From positions 11,438 to 75,437 of the forward strand of contig VXML01000020.1 in the NCBI GenBank assembly GCA_009841115.1: a DNA stretch of 64,000 nucleotides, read 5' to 3'. The notes beneath the pieces are model-generated. The model ran no database searches, was not told where the DNA came from, and saw only the letters and a program-made list of their open reading frames with translations. A program made the translations under genes and the position numbers. Within the stretch, counting starts at the first letter, position 1. Every line of letters starts with the position of its first letter. The DNA is from Gemmatimonadota bacterium (lineage in GTDB: Bacteria > Latescibacterota > UBA2968 > UBA8231). This document shows, piece after piece, positions 17,320 to 27,536 of this stretch.

Positions 17320-18279
17320 GTGCATATAAGCGTCGAGACGCCTCCTCTGGACGCCAGCCTGACCGAGGAGTTGATCGATTTTTGGGATGGGATTTTCGGG
17401 GATGGTTACCAAGCTGATCGTCCTGCGTACGCCGGCGGTGAACGCGACTTTAACCGCGATACGTTCTATCTCTTGGAGCAGAGGGGACGCACGGTCGGTA
17501 GCAGCCATTTAACTACGGCGGTGGGCAACCCAGAACTGAGTGGGTTAGGCGAAGTGGCTACCGCGTCGCAATGTCGCGGCCAGGGCATTGCCGGCCGCTT
17601 GTGCCGGGCGGCGTGCGACGACTTTTTGGCCGCGGGGGGACAGGCCCTGTTCTTGGGTACGGTCAACCCGGTCGCGGCCCGCATTTACCATCGCTTGGGT
17701 TGGCGCAAGATGCCCGGTTCTACTATCTGGGCTTTGATCGCCAGCGGGGAATCGCCTGAGTCTTTTCTGATAGATTACTTTAGGGCTAGTGATGAGGTTG
17801 GAGTCGAGCCGGGGTCGCCGGCCCAGCGCGTGCCCATGATCCCCTTGATCGTCACGCCGCACGACTGGTGGGTGCTGGACGCCAATGTCGAATTGTACTC
17901 GACCCGTTACATCGAGCAGAATTCCTGTATGGGGCTGTATCCGCGCTATGCCAAGCTGGTTGAACAGGGCGCTGGCGCTTGGTTTACCGCCCGCACCCGC
18001 GATGGGCGGCTAGTGGGTTTGGCCAGTGCACGGCTCGACGGGGAGGACGCTTGTCAGGTGGATGGTTTCGTCCACGGTCGTTACGGAGGGGCTTGGGCCA
18101 ATTTGATGCGGGCAGCTATCGACTGGGCCGAGGGGCGTTGCTGGGTGCGGCTTTGTGTCGAGGACGAGGAGAAAGGCGCGCGGTTGAAGGGGTTGGGTTT
18201 TGTGGACGGAGGGCCGGGCGAGCCGTTTGTCATGGGGGATCGGACCGTTGAGGCCGTGCGCTTGGTCGCCGATGTTTGA
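17320..18279 (+). CDS. GNAT-family N-acetyltransferase
   Basis: VAT...RGQGIA motif A; A.RIYHRLGW. Confidence 0.85.
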   Translation: MHISVETPPLDASLTEELIDFWDGIFGDGYQADRPAYAGGERDFNRDTFYLLEQRGRTVGSSHLTTAVGNPELSGLGEVATASQCRGQGIAGRLCRAACDDFLAAGGQALFLGTVNPVAARIYHRLGWRKMPGSTIWALIASGESPESFLIDYFRASDEVGVEPGSPAQRVPMIPLIVTPHDWWVLDANVELYSTRYIEQNSCMGLYPRYAKLVEQGAGAWFTARTRDGRLVGLASARLDGEDACQVDGFVHGRYGGAWANLMRAAIDWAEGRCWVRLCVEDEEKGARLKGLGFVDGGPGEPFVMGDRTVEAVRLVADV

Positions 18280-18287
18280 GGAAAGCC

Positions 18288-18347
18288 ATGGTACAACTGC
18301 GCGACGTAAATACCACTGATATCGGCGACGCCATTTGCTTGGGCTGC
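18288..18347 (+). repeat. 60-bp copy of the 5' end of gene 20936..22522 (second copy 20936..20995)
   Basis: ATGGTACAACTGCGCGACGTAAATACCACTGATATCGGCGACGCCATTTGCTTGGGCTGC versus ATGGTACAGCTACGCGACGTAAATACCACTGATATCGGCGACGCCATTCGCTTGGGTTGC; 4 mismatches in 60 by hand count. Confidence 0.9.
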
Positions 18348-18421
18348 TCAGCCGGACCGCCAGATTGTCGAGCGCGTGAAGTCCCAACGGACGGCGTGTA
18401 ATGGAGTGAAGGACAACATCC

Positions 18422-19351
18422 ATGCCCATTCCTGATTTTCAATCGCTCATGCTTCCGGCTCTCAAGGCACTTTCCGATAGTGCGGAAAAGCCGGTCTCTG
18501 AAATACGCAACCACATCGCCAAGGCCGAAGGACTGACACCGGAGGAAATGCAGGAGTTGCTTCCTAGCGGTCGCCAGCCGGTGTTCGTCAACCGGGTGAG
18601 TTGGGCGTTACTCCATCTTGGTCGCGCTGGTCTGTCAGAAAGAATTCGGCGCGGCGTCTGGCGACTGACGGAGGAAGGGGAGAGCCTGCTGGCCGACGCG
18701 CCTCCTCGCATCGATATGAATTACCTCCGCAACTATCCGGCCTATGTTACATGGCGGACCAGCAAGAATACCTCGCCGTCGAGTGGAGATGCCACACTCA
18801 TACCACCGGATGATTCGGCGGACACGCCGGAGGAAGAGTTGGACCGGATCGTTCGGCAACTGCGCAATGAGCTGGAGGCCGATGTTCTGGATCGGGTACG
18901 CGAAGCTCCGCCAGCATTTTTTGAACAAGTGGTGGTGGATCTGTTGATCGCGATGGGCTATGGCGGTGGCGATGCTGAGAGAGGTCGAGTGACCGGACGG
19001 TCGGGTGATGGTGGAATTGACGGCACAATCCGGGAGGACGCGCTAGGCCTAGACGAAGTTTATGTCCAAGCGAAGAAGTATGCCGACAGCAATACAGTGG
19101 GCGAAGGCGATCTGCGCAATTTTGCCGGTGCAATTGACGCTGCGGGCACGACTAAGGGCGTATTTGTCACCACATCAGGTTTCACGAGTGCCGCCAAGAA
19201 CTATGTGGCACGGAGTCCGAAGCGCATCGTTTTGATTGACGGGAAAGAACTAGCGCGTCTGATGGTCGTGCACAGTCTCGGCGTGCGTACCAGAATTCGT
19301 CATGAGATTAAGCGAATTGACGAAGACTATTTCGATCAGGAAGCCTTGTAG
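18422..19351 (+). CDS. mrr: Mrr type IV restriction endonuclease
   Basis: MPIPDFQSLMLP.L (Mrr_N), FFEQVVVDLL.AMGYG, GDGGIDG, VYVQAK, KGVFVTTS.F, LIDG.ELA. Confidence 0.95.
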   Translation: MPIPDFQSLMLPALKALSDSAEKPVSEIRNHIAKAEGLTPEEMQELLPSGRQPVFVNRVSWALLHLGRAGLSERIRRGVWRLTEEGESLLADAPPRIDMNYLRNYPAYVTWRTSKNTSPSSGDATLIPPDDSADTPEEELDRIVRQLRNELEADVLDRVREAPPAFFEQVVVDLLIAMGYGGGDAERGRVTGRSGDGGIDGTIREDALGLDEVYVQAKKYADSNTVGEGDLRNFAGAIDAAGTTKGVFVTTSGFTSAAKNYVARSPKRIVLIDGKELARLMVVHSLGVRTRIRHEIKRIDEDYFDQEAL

Positions 19352-19456
19352 GACATGAGTCGGTCGTGAAACCGGGTTCGCGCATATCTGGAAGCGGGGA
19401 TGAAGGGGAAACCGAAGCGGCGGCGGGAAACGCGCATTTTAAGAAGGAAGGCACAA

Positions 19457-20816
19457 TGATGGTCTCAGAGAATCCTCTTTCAAAACCAAATGACACGATT
19501 TTTCTAGAGGATACTAGTATCACTCACATAGATAATCAATGTTTGCCTACACCTTGTTCGGTTCGTGTGACCCTTAGCCTATATCCAACGATAATGTGCT
19601 GCATAGATTCAAATAATCTTCCGATATGGCTAGTGAACCGTCAGAATAGCCCCTTCTTTGTTACCTTGAAGAATGGTTGCAATATCAAGGTATTTCTACG
19701 ACGCTACAACCTCAATAATCTCCTCTTTGGATCGTCAAAGGATACCTTTAAGGGATCTTTGATTCCTCACAAAACTCCTTGTACCGTAATTCAGACAGAC
19801 GTTTGGATTCGATCTGTGAGTTTTAGCGTACTGAATTTCCAGAAATTATACGGTCAAAAAGATAAGTGGATTAATCTGAACGGAGAATCCAGTCACCGAT
19901 TAGGCTTTGTGGAAATGAATCATGGTGACTGGCGGATTGAAATCACGGAGGATCCTATTTTTTCTGAAAACGAGAAGTTATTAAACCAAGATGATGGTTA
20001 TGTTGTAACACACACAGGAATCATCCAGCGTTGTGGCTGTGAGACATTTTGCGTGGAGGAAGCGGAACATATTTTGCGTGGGTTGCGAGCTTTCTGTCAT
20101 TTGCTCGTGGTTCTGCATGCGGCTTAACCCTTGTGAAAGCGGTTGATCAAGACGATAGAGAAATGGTCTTAGAATGGGGGATCACTCATACTGAATCATG
20201 GAGCCAAGGAAGGACCGCATGGTCATGGCTGCCGACGATAGATGGAGGAGATAGTCTTCCTCAATTATTTTCTGGATTCTGGAGGCTATATGATGATTCG
20301 GATTGGAGAGATACTATATGTACTGTTATCGATTGGTATCTCAATAGCAACAACGGTCCTTTCCATGTGGGTATTATTCTAGCTCAGGCTGCCCTAGAAT
20401 CCATATGCTATAAAATCGTGGGAAATATTATAAGCGATAAAGAATCACTAGCAAAATTTTTGAGGGCATCGTTAAATGAAAAAGAAATCGGAATCGACGA
20501 TAAAATACCTGAGTCATTTCAGGATCTAAAGGATTTCTCCACCCAGAAGGTTAGTCAGGAAAGAGGTAAATATTACAAGGGAGATGGACCGGAAGCAATT
20601 GTAGAGATCCGCAACGATCTGATTCATAAAAAGAAGAAGTATGGTGGTCTTTCCGTGGAGGTACAGCTGGATGCTTTACGCCTTAGCCTATGGTACTTAG
20701 AGGTGATCCTGCTCAGAAAATTTGAGTATCGCGGTCAATATATGAATCGACTAAGGATCGCCGACGAAAACCCGTTTGAAAATGTGCCTTGGGCAAATGA
20801 AAATCTCGAACTATAG
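19457..20816 (+). pseudogene. HEPN-domain (ApeA/YopA-like) protein, frameshifted near 20091
   Basis: One extra T in GCTTTCTG joins the two ORFs as LRAFLSFARG; C-terminal DWYL.SN, AQAALE and RNDLIH (Rx4H HEPN motif); visibly AT-richer than flanks. Confidence 0.7.
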
Positions 20817-20877
20817 GCTATAAAGTGATACGTCAACCTATCATCTCATCGCCTCTATGCGGATGCCGGTCGAGCTA

Positions 20878-20906
20878 GTAGGGACACCCACAAGGGATGT
20901 ATCTAT
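20878..20906. repeat. Degenerate REP-like palindrome
   Basis: GTAGGGACACCCACAAGGGATGTATCTAT: GTAG end plus imperfect stem. Confidence 0.35.
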
Positions 20907-20935
20907 GTTGAATCCTCATTCATTATGATGTAACT

Positions 20936-22522
20936 ATGGTACAGCTACGCGACGTAAATACCACTGATATCGGCGACGCCATTCGCTTGGGTTGCCAAGC
21001 CATGAGCCGGGCTTTTAACGCCGATGACGCCGATATACCCTATGGCGGAGCGCAGGTACGGCCCGAAGCCTTTTTGGGCGGCAGCATGGAAGGCCACATG
21101 CCGGGTCGCCTCTTGAACGGTATGCTGGCGGCTGAAGACGCCATGGGTTTGGACCTGGACGAAGAGGTGATCGACAAGCACGCCCGCGCGGCTTTTTTCT
21201 CCTACAGCCGGGCACCGCTGCCCTTGCAGCGCATCGGCCAGCACACCAATGGCGAGGGCGATCCCATTGAATTGCAAGAGCACAATTTGCGCGAGGGATT
21301 TCATGCGCTCTACGCGTTGACAGCCTTCCGCAAGTCCGAGCAGGCTATGGAATTGGCTGCGGCCAGTATTGATTTGCTATTCGATTATTGGGTGCCCAAC
21401 GAGCAGTGGGATCGCGTGCGTCTTGAACGCGACACGCCGGTGCGCCTTCGCGATTCCGGCGAGGGGACCTTTATCCAGGGGCCGGCGCGCGCCATTGGGC
21501 CGCTGGTCAAATTGTACCAAGCCACCGGGTACCAACCGGCCTTGGATTTGGCTACTGTGCTCAAGGACAAGGCCGTGCGCGAATTCTTTCTCGACGACGG
21601 CTCCTTTGCCACCGAGCGCTTTGGCTCGCACGTGCATTCGACGACCTGCGCGATGTCGTCGCTGGCTCAGCTCGCCGAATGTACGGGGGACGCCGGGCTG
21701 ATGGAGCGGGTCAAGCGGTTTTACGATGGCGGTCTGTGGGATTTGCGCGATCAGATCGGCTGGTCCATTGAGGTGTCGAGCCGGCCTACGCTCTGTCGTC
21801 GGGGCGAGGCCAACAATACCGGCGATATTATCGAGACCGCGCTCATCTTGGGGCACTGGGGCTATCCCGAGTACTACGCCGATGCCGAGCGCATGTTGCG
21901 CAGCCACTTGCTGCCGTCGCAATTGCGCGATGTCTCGTTTATCGTCGAGCCAGATAATCCCGAGGGGATAGATGGCAAACACGAGGTGGCGCACAGGCTG
22001 CGCGGCGGCTTTGGTTTTCCGGCTCCTTACGGGCACGAGCCGCTGGGCATCTGGCAGTCGAACAAGCCGCGCATTGGCTTTAATATTGACATTGTCGGTG
22101 GGTCCGTAGGCTCGCTGGCTGCGGCGTACAAGGCTGTGGTGCGCAGCGATGGAGCGGGGCATTGGGTCGATATGGTGTTCGACTGCGAGACCGATGCCCT
22201 CGCCGTACAGTCGCCCTATACGCATCCGCGCCTAGCGGTCAAAGTCAAGCAGCCGGGAGCGCTGCACGTGCGCCTGCCGCCCTGGCTCGACGGCGACCGC
22301 CTCGAAGTCGAGGGTGCCGACCGACCGATCTTGCGCGACGGCTATGCAATGATTGAGAATCCGCCCGTGGGACACTGGATCGGTTTTGCGTTTGACTTGC
22401 CCATCCACGAGACGACCCTGACTTGGCGGGACAGCGCCATCCGCGCCCGGCTGCGCGGCGACGAGGTGGTGGCGATGGATAACTTCGGGACGGATCTGAC
22501 CTTTTTCCCGCCGTTTGATTGA
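20936..22522 (+). CDS. Hypothetical GH127-like (alpha/alpha-barrel) protein, paralog B
   Basis: 528-aa ORF collinear with 14765..16330 (DVNTTD, HNLREGFHAL, GEANNTGD, LPSQLRD, FGFPAPYGHEP). Confidence 0.6.
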   Translation: MVQLRDVNTTDIGDAIRLGCQAMSRAFNADDADIPYGGAQVRPEAFLGGSMEGHMPGRLLNGMLAAEDAMGLDLDEEVIDKHARAAFFSYSRAPLPLQRIGQHTNGEGDPIELQEHNLREGFHALYALTAFRKSEQAMELAAASIDLLFDYWVPNEQWDRVRLERDTPVRLRDSGEGTFIQGPARAIGPLVKLYQATGYQPALDLATVLKDKAVREFFLDDGSFATERFGSHVHSTTCAMSSLAQLAECTGDAGLMERVKRFYDGGLWDLRDQIGWSIEVSSRPTLCRRGEANNTGDIIETALILGHWGYPEYYADAERMLRSHLLPSQLRDVSFIVEPDNPEGIDGKHEVAHRLRGGFGFPAPYGHEPLGIWQSNKPRIGFNIDIVGGSVGSLAAAYKAVVRSDGAGHWVDMVFDCETDALAVQSPYTHPRLAVKVKQPGALHVRLPPWLDGDRLEVEGADRPILRDGYAMIENPPVGHWIGFAFDLPIHETTLTWRDSAIRARLRGDEVVAMDNFGTDLTFFPPFD

Positions 22523-22563
22523 GCCGACGCCCGACATGGCCCCGTGGACCGCGATGGGCGAAT

Positions 22564-24144
22564 TCAGGCAAAGTACTCCTCGTCGTCCCGCAGCGCATTG
22601 CGGTGCGGCAGGTATTCGACCACCAGCTCTACATCTACTAGAGTCACCGGGTGAATGAGCTGGGCGTCTTTCTCCACGACCTCTACCCCCACTGTATTTA
22701 TCCCCCGCTGGGGCAGGCGCTGGATCTGCTTGAGATCAATGTGCAGCCGGTACCCGTTGACTGCGTAATCCGGTCTGGGACGCAACTGGTAGGTCCAGTC
22801 GGCCTTGCGCCACGCGATCTCGGGTATTTCACCGCCATTCCACTTCAGCTTGATCCGGTCCTCGTACGTCAGGTGTTGCAACATCAGGCGCAGCTCGCAG
22901 CGCCACAACTCACCGGCTTGGTCCCGGCCGGCCACGTCGTCGCTCACCTCCAGCGTGAACGACCGCGCTGGATCTCCGCACGGCAATTCGGCCGGTAGCT
23001 GTTCGGACAGGCCATAGGTAGGGGCTGATTTGGGATTGATGGGGATGCCGAGCCGGTACCTCTTGTCGAGATTGTCCAGCAAGTCTGGATGCCCCATAAA
23101 CCGTAGCCTTCCAGCCGCTTCGTCATCGTATGGATAGCGCTTGGGCATTGGGTAATACGTGTGGAAGAACACGCCGTGGGCCCCAGCGGCATAGGCATTG
23201 GCTGCAGCGGCCCGCACTGCTGGCCGGGAAAGCTCGGGGTTATTGGTCGATTCCATACCCGCCAACACCCGCACATCCCTACCTTCGGCGGCGGCGACAA
23301 CGGCCCGCAATCCAGTGGTGTCGTTGGCAAAACCACCGACGACCTGCATGCAGATCAGTGCATCGACGATCCCCTCCTCGATCCAGGTCTGCACGTCCAT
23401 CCCCATGCGCTTATTGCCGTCTAGGGTTGCGCCTATGCGGACTACCAACCGCTTGGGACGGCCCTGCTCTGCGGCCGCCCGGTCGCAGAGCAGGCGTATT
23501 TCCCGCATCCACTCGGTCAAGGTCTCGGTGTGCTCGGCGACCTCCCCGCGGCCGATAAACGGCGCGTAGTCGTTCATGTTCAGCTCAATGCCGTCGCCGG
23601 GGTAATCTCCGACCAGTTCGGAGATCACCGCCAGCCGGTCCGCCCGCACTTCGGGTACGGCAAAGGACAGCCGGTTGGGGTTGTCGAAGCGGGCCTCGGG
23701 GTACTCGGGCTCTTCGCCGACCTGCCATTCGGGATGCTCGGTGGTGAAGTCGGCTACCCGGCAATTGGTGACGCGGTCGTGCGGCGTGTGAATCATGTTC
23801 AACAGCAGGCTGGGCAGAAACTGGAAACCGCGCTGCTGCGCCCGCTGGCACACGAGCATGAGCGGGTCCGTGCCCTGTTCGATCATCAGCTTGGCGTTGT
23901 GCGCCGCCCGCCACCAAATGTCGTGGTCGGTCAGATCGACATTGTGCCCCCAGCGCTCGCCCACCTTAGTGGCGTAGAGCAAAACGCTGCAATCGCCCAC
24001 GGCATAGGTGATGGTGTCAATGCCGAGATCGACTAGTTCGTCGATGGGTTCTAGGTACTGCTTGGCCCCCATGGGCGGCTCGTATAAGTACACGCTTGAA
24101 TGGCGGCCGTCGGTGTAGAACATCACCTCGTGGGTCTTGCTCAT
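22564..24144 (-). CDS. Hypothetical TIM-barrel glycoside-hydrolase-like (GHL10-like) protein
   Basis: HPEW, LSFAVPEVR, Y..DGIEL, G.DV.TWIEEGIVD motifs; GAGGAGG RBS. Confidence 0.65.
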   Translation of the reverse strand: MSKTHEVMFYTDGRHSSVYLYEPPMGAKQYLEPIDELVDLGIDTITYAVGDCSVLLYATKVGERWGHNVDLTDHDIWWRAAHNAKLMIEQGTDPLMLVCQRAQQRGFQFLPSLLLNMIHTPHDRVTNCRVADFTTEHPEWQVGEEPEYPEARFDNPNRLSFAVPEVRADRLAVISELVGDYPGDGIELNMNDYAPFIGRGEVAEHTETLTEWMREIRLLCDRAAAEQGRPKRLVVRIGATLDGNKRMGMDVQTWIEEGIVDALICMQVVGGFANDTTGLRAVVAAAEGRDVRVLAGMESTNNPELSRPAVRAAAANAYAAGAHGVFFHTYYPMPKRYPYDDEAAGRLRFMGHPDLLDNLDKRYRLGIPINPKSAPTYGLSEQLPAELPCGDPARSFTLEVSDDVAGRDQAGELWRCELRLMLQHLTYEDRIKLKWNGGEIPEIAWRKADWTYQLRPRPDYAVNGYRLHIDLKQIQRLPQRGINTVGVEVVEKDAQLIHPVTLVDVELVVEYLPHRNALRDDEEYFA

Positions 24145-24265
24145 GATCGTCCTCCTCGTCTTCTGTCTGGCGCTGCGACCTTTTGACCTTACAGCGACAA
24201 TCCGTGCATCAATAGGTGCAATTAACCCCAGCCGGGCAGCTCAATCAAGTCTCTTTGGCGGGATA

Positions 24266-24294
24266 TTGACTCACCATTAACAATGCCCTATGCT
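24266..24294 (+). promoter_or_regulatory. Sigma70-type promoter
   Basis: TTGACT-17 nt-TATGCT upstream of ATG 24319. Confidence 0.55.
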
Positions 24295-24318
24295 TGGCCA
24301 AAATAATTGAGGACGCCC

Positions 24319-25206
24319 ATGATTACCGATGCGCAATTGGCCCAGTACGAAGAGCAGGGTGCCGTAACTATCGACAGCCCCTTCACCACCGAGCAGTTGG
24401 ACCGGGCAGAGGCAGCGTGGGACCGCTTACGCGACAACGGCGGTGCACCGTACGAGGATCCGGATTACATCGAAGTTATCCAGCACCCGTACTTTGAGGA
24501 GGTGGCCAAGAAGCTACTGCGCGCCGATGCGGTCCATCTGTGGTGGGGTCTGGCCCCCCACGAGCGGGCTCCGGCCTCAGCGCCGTACGACGATCCCTGC
24601 GAGCAGTGGGCGCGCGGCTGCCACGTGGACATCCAGGCCACGCTGGAGGATTTTGAGGCCACCCCCCGCCGGATGCGGGCCGAGTTGTGGTTCTGGCTCA
24701 ACGATGTGCCCGCTCATCGCGGCGCCATGCGCATCCTGCCCGGCAGCCACCGTCCCATCATGGCGCACTGGAGTCGGGTCCTCCGGCCCGAACACAAAGC
24801 TGAATTACCCCGCGTGCACGGCCTGCGGCCGGCTCCAGTCCCGTCGACTGCGTCCGCTTTCCCCGAGTACATCCCGGACCTGGGCGAAAGGCCCTGGCTT
24901 GAGTGCGAACCCGTCCCCGCAGTGGCGCGCCGGGGACAGATCCTAGTGCTCTGCAGCGCTGGATTGCACTCGGCCTGGCAGAATGAGGACACCGTGCCCC
25001 GCAAAGCCATGGGCACCTCGTGGATCGCCGCCGGGGTTTCGGGCGGCCTGCCCAAGAACCAGCGCGACGCCCTGATGGACTTCTTTCCCCGGCTGCGGTG
25101 CCAACTGCGCCCGGACCGCGCCCACATTGTGCCGGATCACTTTGACTGGCTCTTTGAAAGCGACTACGATCCGCGCTGGCCGGAGACTTTTCCGCCCTCC
25201 CATTGA
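24319..25206 (+). CDS. Phytanoyl-CoA dioxygenase (PhyH) family Fe/2OG enzyme
   Basis: HVD...H facial triad, GAMRILPGSH, LHSAW.N....R. Confidence 0.85.
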   Translation: MITDAQLAQYEEQGAVTIDSPFTTEQLDRAEAAWDRLRDNGGAPYEDPDYIEVIQHPYFEEVAKKLLRADAVHLWWGLAPHERAPASAPYDDPCEQWARGCHVDIQATLEDFEATPRRMRAELWFWLNDVPAHRGAMRILPGSHRPIMAHWSRVLRPEHKAELPRVHGLRPAPVPSTASAFPEYIPDLGERPWLECEPVPAVARRGQILVLCSAGLHSAWQNEDTVPRKAMGTSWIAAGVSGGLPKNQRDALMDFFPRLRCQLRPDRAHIVPDHFDWLFESDYDPRWPETFPPSH

Positions 25207-25255
25207 GCAGTTGTTCCGACCCGCCTATGAGGATTCCGCCCGCTGAGCTTTTCCG

Positions 25256-26386
25256 CTAGCTCCTCTGGGAGCTCGGCTGGACTTCTGAGACGAAGAAGTC
25301 GTCGGGGAGGATGCTCTTGGTCTCGACCCCGTGACTGTACTCGGGCAGCCCGATTGTCGTCACCGCGCCCATGGCCGTGAAGTGCTCGCACTCGCCGCTG
25401 GCCCCGCTCTTATTGCCCCCTCCGTGGCCGCGCAGCCAGGCGTCGTCGATGACGCGCTCCCCCTTCCACATGCCTCGGGTGGCATTGAGGTGGCCGAAGC
25501 GCGCCAGATCCGAGGCGCTGATGACCACCCAACCCGGGCCGCTGCGCACGACTTGGCCGCCAATTTCGTAGGGTGGATCGAGGTAGGTGTACGCATCTGG
25601 AATGGTGGGATAGAGATATTTCCGCTCTTTTACTTCGCCGCCGGCGAGCCAGTCCCAGCGCTCGTACGGGATGCCAATGGCGTCGAACAGGCGCTCCTGG
25701 ACCACGTCCTTGAGGTCGCGGCCCCAAACGTAGGTCAGCGCTTGACCCAACCGCCAGAAACCGGCGCTGCTGTACAGCCCCTGGGTGCCCGGTTCGGCAT
25801 GGGCGTAGCAGTCGTAGAAGGGATCGCCCGTCCAAGTGGCCCATTCGGGGATGCCGGGAACTGCGTCCCGCTCTTCGAGACCCGTGCGCTGCTCCCGCCA
25901 GCGGTTGCCGATTTCAAAGGGAAAGCCACCCCAGTGCAGGCTCTCATCGCGTCGCCCGATCAAGTGGCGCCAAGTGAGTTTTTGGTGGTGGCCGCAATTG
26001 AGGTACTTGTGCTCGTGCGACAGTTGTCCGGCTCCGGTCCAAGTTTGGTGGATCGGCTCGTCCGGGTCGAGGAGGCCGTCGCCAACGGCCGCGCCCAGCG
26101 CTACCCACGTCAGGGCTTTGCCGACCGAGGCCGTCTGATGCCGATAGTGGGGGTCGCCCCAGGCGTGCATTAGGTATCCGCCGCGCGTGAGCACGGTCCC
26201 GTACTGGTTGCCGCTGTGATCCTCGCCGCCAAAGCTCGCCCCTCTGACATCGAGGCTGTCCAGCCAGGCGGCGAATTTCCGCGCATCGAGACCGGCTGCG
26301 GCCGGCGTGATCTGTATCCAGTCGCGATCTGGGTACGCGACCCAGTCCGGTACTTGTATCGTTACCGTCGGGGCGATCAGATGCAT
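25256..26386 (-). CDS. Serine hydrolase, beta-lactamase-like family
   Basis: SVGK (SxxK), PG...YSS, SASDLARFG.L. Confidence 0.8.
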   Translation of the reverse strand: MHLIAPTVTIQVPDWVAYPDRDWIQITPAAAGLDARKFAAWLDSLDVRGASFGGEDHSGNQYGTVLTRGGYLMHAWGDPHYRHQTASVGKALTWVALGAAVGDGLLDPDEPIHQTWTGAGQLSHEHKYLNCGHHQKLTWRHLIGRRDESLHWGGFPFEIGNRWREQRTGLEERDAVPGIPEWATWTGDPFYDCYAHAEPGTQGLYSSAGFWRLGQALTYVWGRDLKDVVQERLFDAIGIPYERWDWLAGGEVKERKYLYPTIPDAYTYLDPPYEIGGQVVRSGPGWVVISASDLARFGHLNATRGMWKGERVIDDAWLRGHGGGNKSGASGECEHFTAMGAVTTIGLPEYSHGVETKSILPDDFFVSEVQPSSQRS

Positions 26387-26493
26387 GGTTCAACTTTTCT
26401 GTGTAGTGTATTATAAGAATTTTTTTGGGAGCTTGGTCAAGGTCGAGCGCATGGGCGACTGCTGCCCGATGCGCCCGGACACACCGACATCGC

Positions 26494-27384
26494 ATGATCA
26501 AACTCGGCTGCAACGCTATGCTGCGGGTCGCCGAAGACCTGCCCTATGCCGACAAGGAAGACCCGCGCAACTGGCTGGATATCGCCGCCCTGGTGCGCCA
26601 GATCCGCGCCTGGGACCTCGACGTGGTCGATTTTCAGCTCTTCCGCGGCTTCCGCGCCCGGGACCCGGCCTATCTGCGCTCCATCAAGGCCCTCTGCCAG
26701 CAGTGCGGCCTGCCCATTGGCTTTTTGGGCGTGGGCCGCGGCTTTGTCGGCGTCGAGCAGATCGACGGCCGCCCCCAGGGCGTTGCCCTGCCCCAAGCCG
26801 AACGCCGCCGGCGCATTGCCGAAGTCAAAGAGGGCATTGATCTGGCCGCCTTTATGGGCGCGCCCTTGGTCCGCCTCTTCGGCGGCGGCATCCCCGCCGC
26901 AGCCGTCGACCGCCGCGTCCTGTGGCAGGACGCCATTGGCAGCTTCCAAGAGGTCTGCGACTACGCCGCCGGCAAAGGCGTGTTCGTCGGCCTCCACAAC
27001 CACGCCCCGGTCATCGCGCCCACTGGGGACGATATTCTCAAAATACTGCGCGATGTCAACCGCGAAAACTTCACCTTCATCCTCGACACGGGCTGGTGGC
27101 AAGGCTCGCCGGGCGCGGCGCCCTCCGGGGCCGAGGATCCCGCGGTCGACTTCTATGACTTCATGGAGCAGACCGCGCCCCACGCCACCTATGTGCGGGC
27201 CAAAATATACAAAATTGACCGCGGCCGGGAGGAGTGGCTTGACTATGAGCGCATTGTCGAAATTCTCCGCCAAGTCGACTTCAACGGCAATATGTCCATC
27301 GTCTTCGAGGGACAGGGCAATAAGGTAAGCGATCTCGAGGCCATTGGCCTGGCCGTCGACTACCTGCGGGGATTGCTCGCCTAG
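26494..27384 (+). CDS. Sugar phosphate isomerase/epimerase (TIM barrel)
   Basis: A..MGAPLVRLFGG, LHNH, LDTG, F.G..SIVFEG. Confidence 0.85.
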   Translation: MIKLGCNAMLRVAEDLPYADKEDPRNWLDIAALVRQIRAWDLDVVDFQLFRGFRARDPAYLRSIKALCQQCGLPIGFLGVGRGFVGVEQIDGRPQGVALPQAERRRRIAEVKEGIDLAAFMGAPLVRLFGGGIPAAAVDRRVLWQDAIGSFQEVCDYAAGKGVFVGLHNHAPVIAPTGDDILKILRDVNRENFTFILDTGWWQGSPGAAPSGAEDPAVDFYDFMEQTAPHATYVRAKIYKIDRGREEWLDYERIVEILRQVDFNGNMSIVFEGQGNKVSDLEAIGLAVDYLRGLLA

Positions 27385-27536
27385 AAGCGGTTTCATACTC
27401 AGGCAATGGCCAGTTCCCGCAGGCGCGCGACCATGGCCCGCCTGCGAGGACCGGCAGTCTCGATCAGGTGATCGGTATAGGAGAACGGCCGGATCAGGGC
27501 GCGGAATCGGCCGACTTGGAGTGGGGTCAGCATGGT

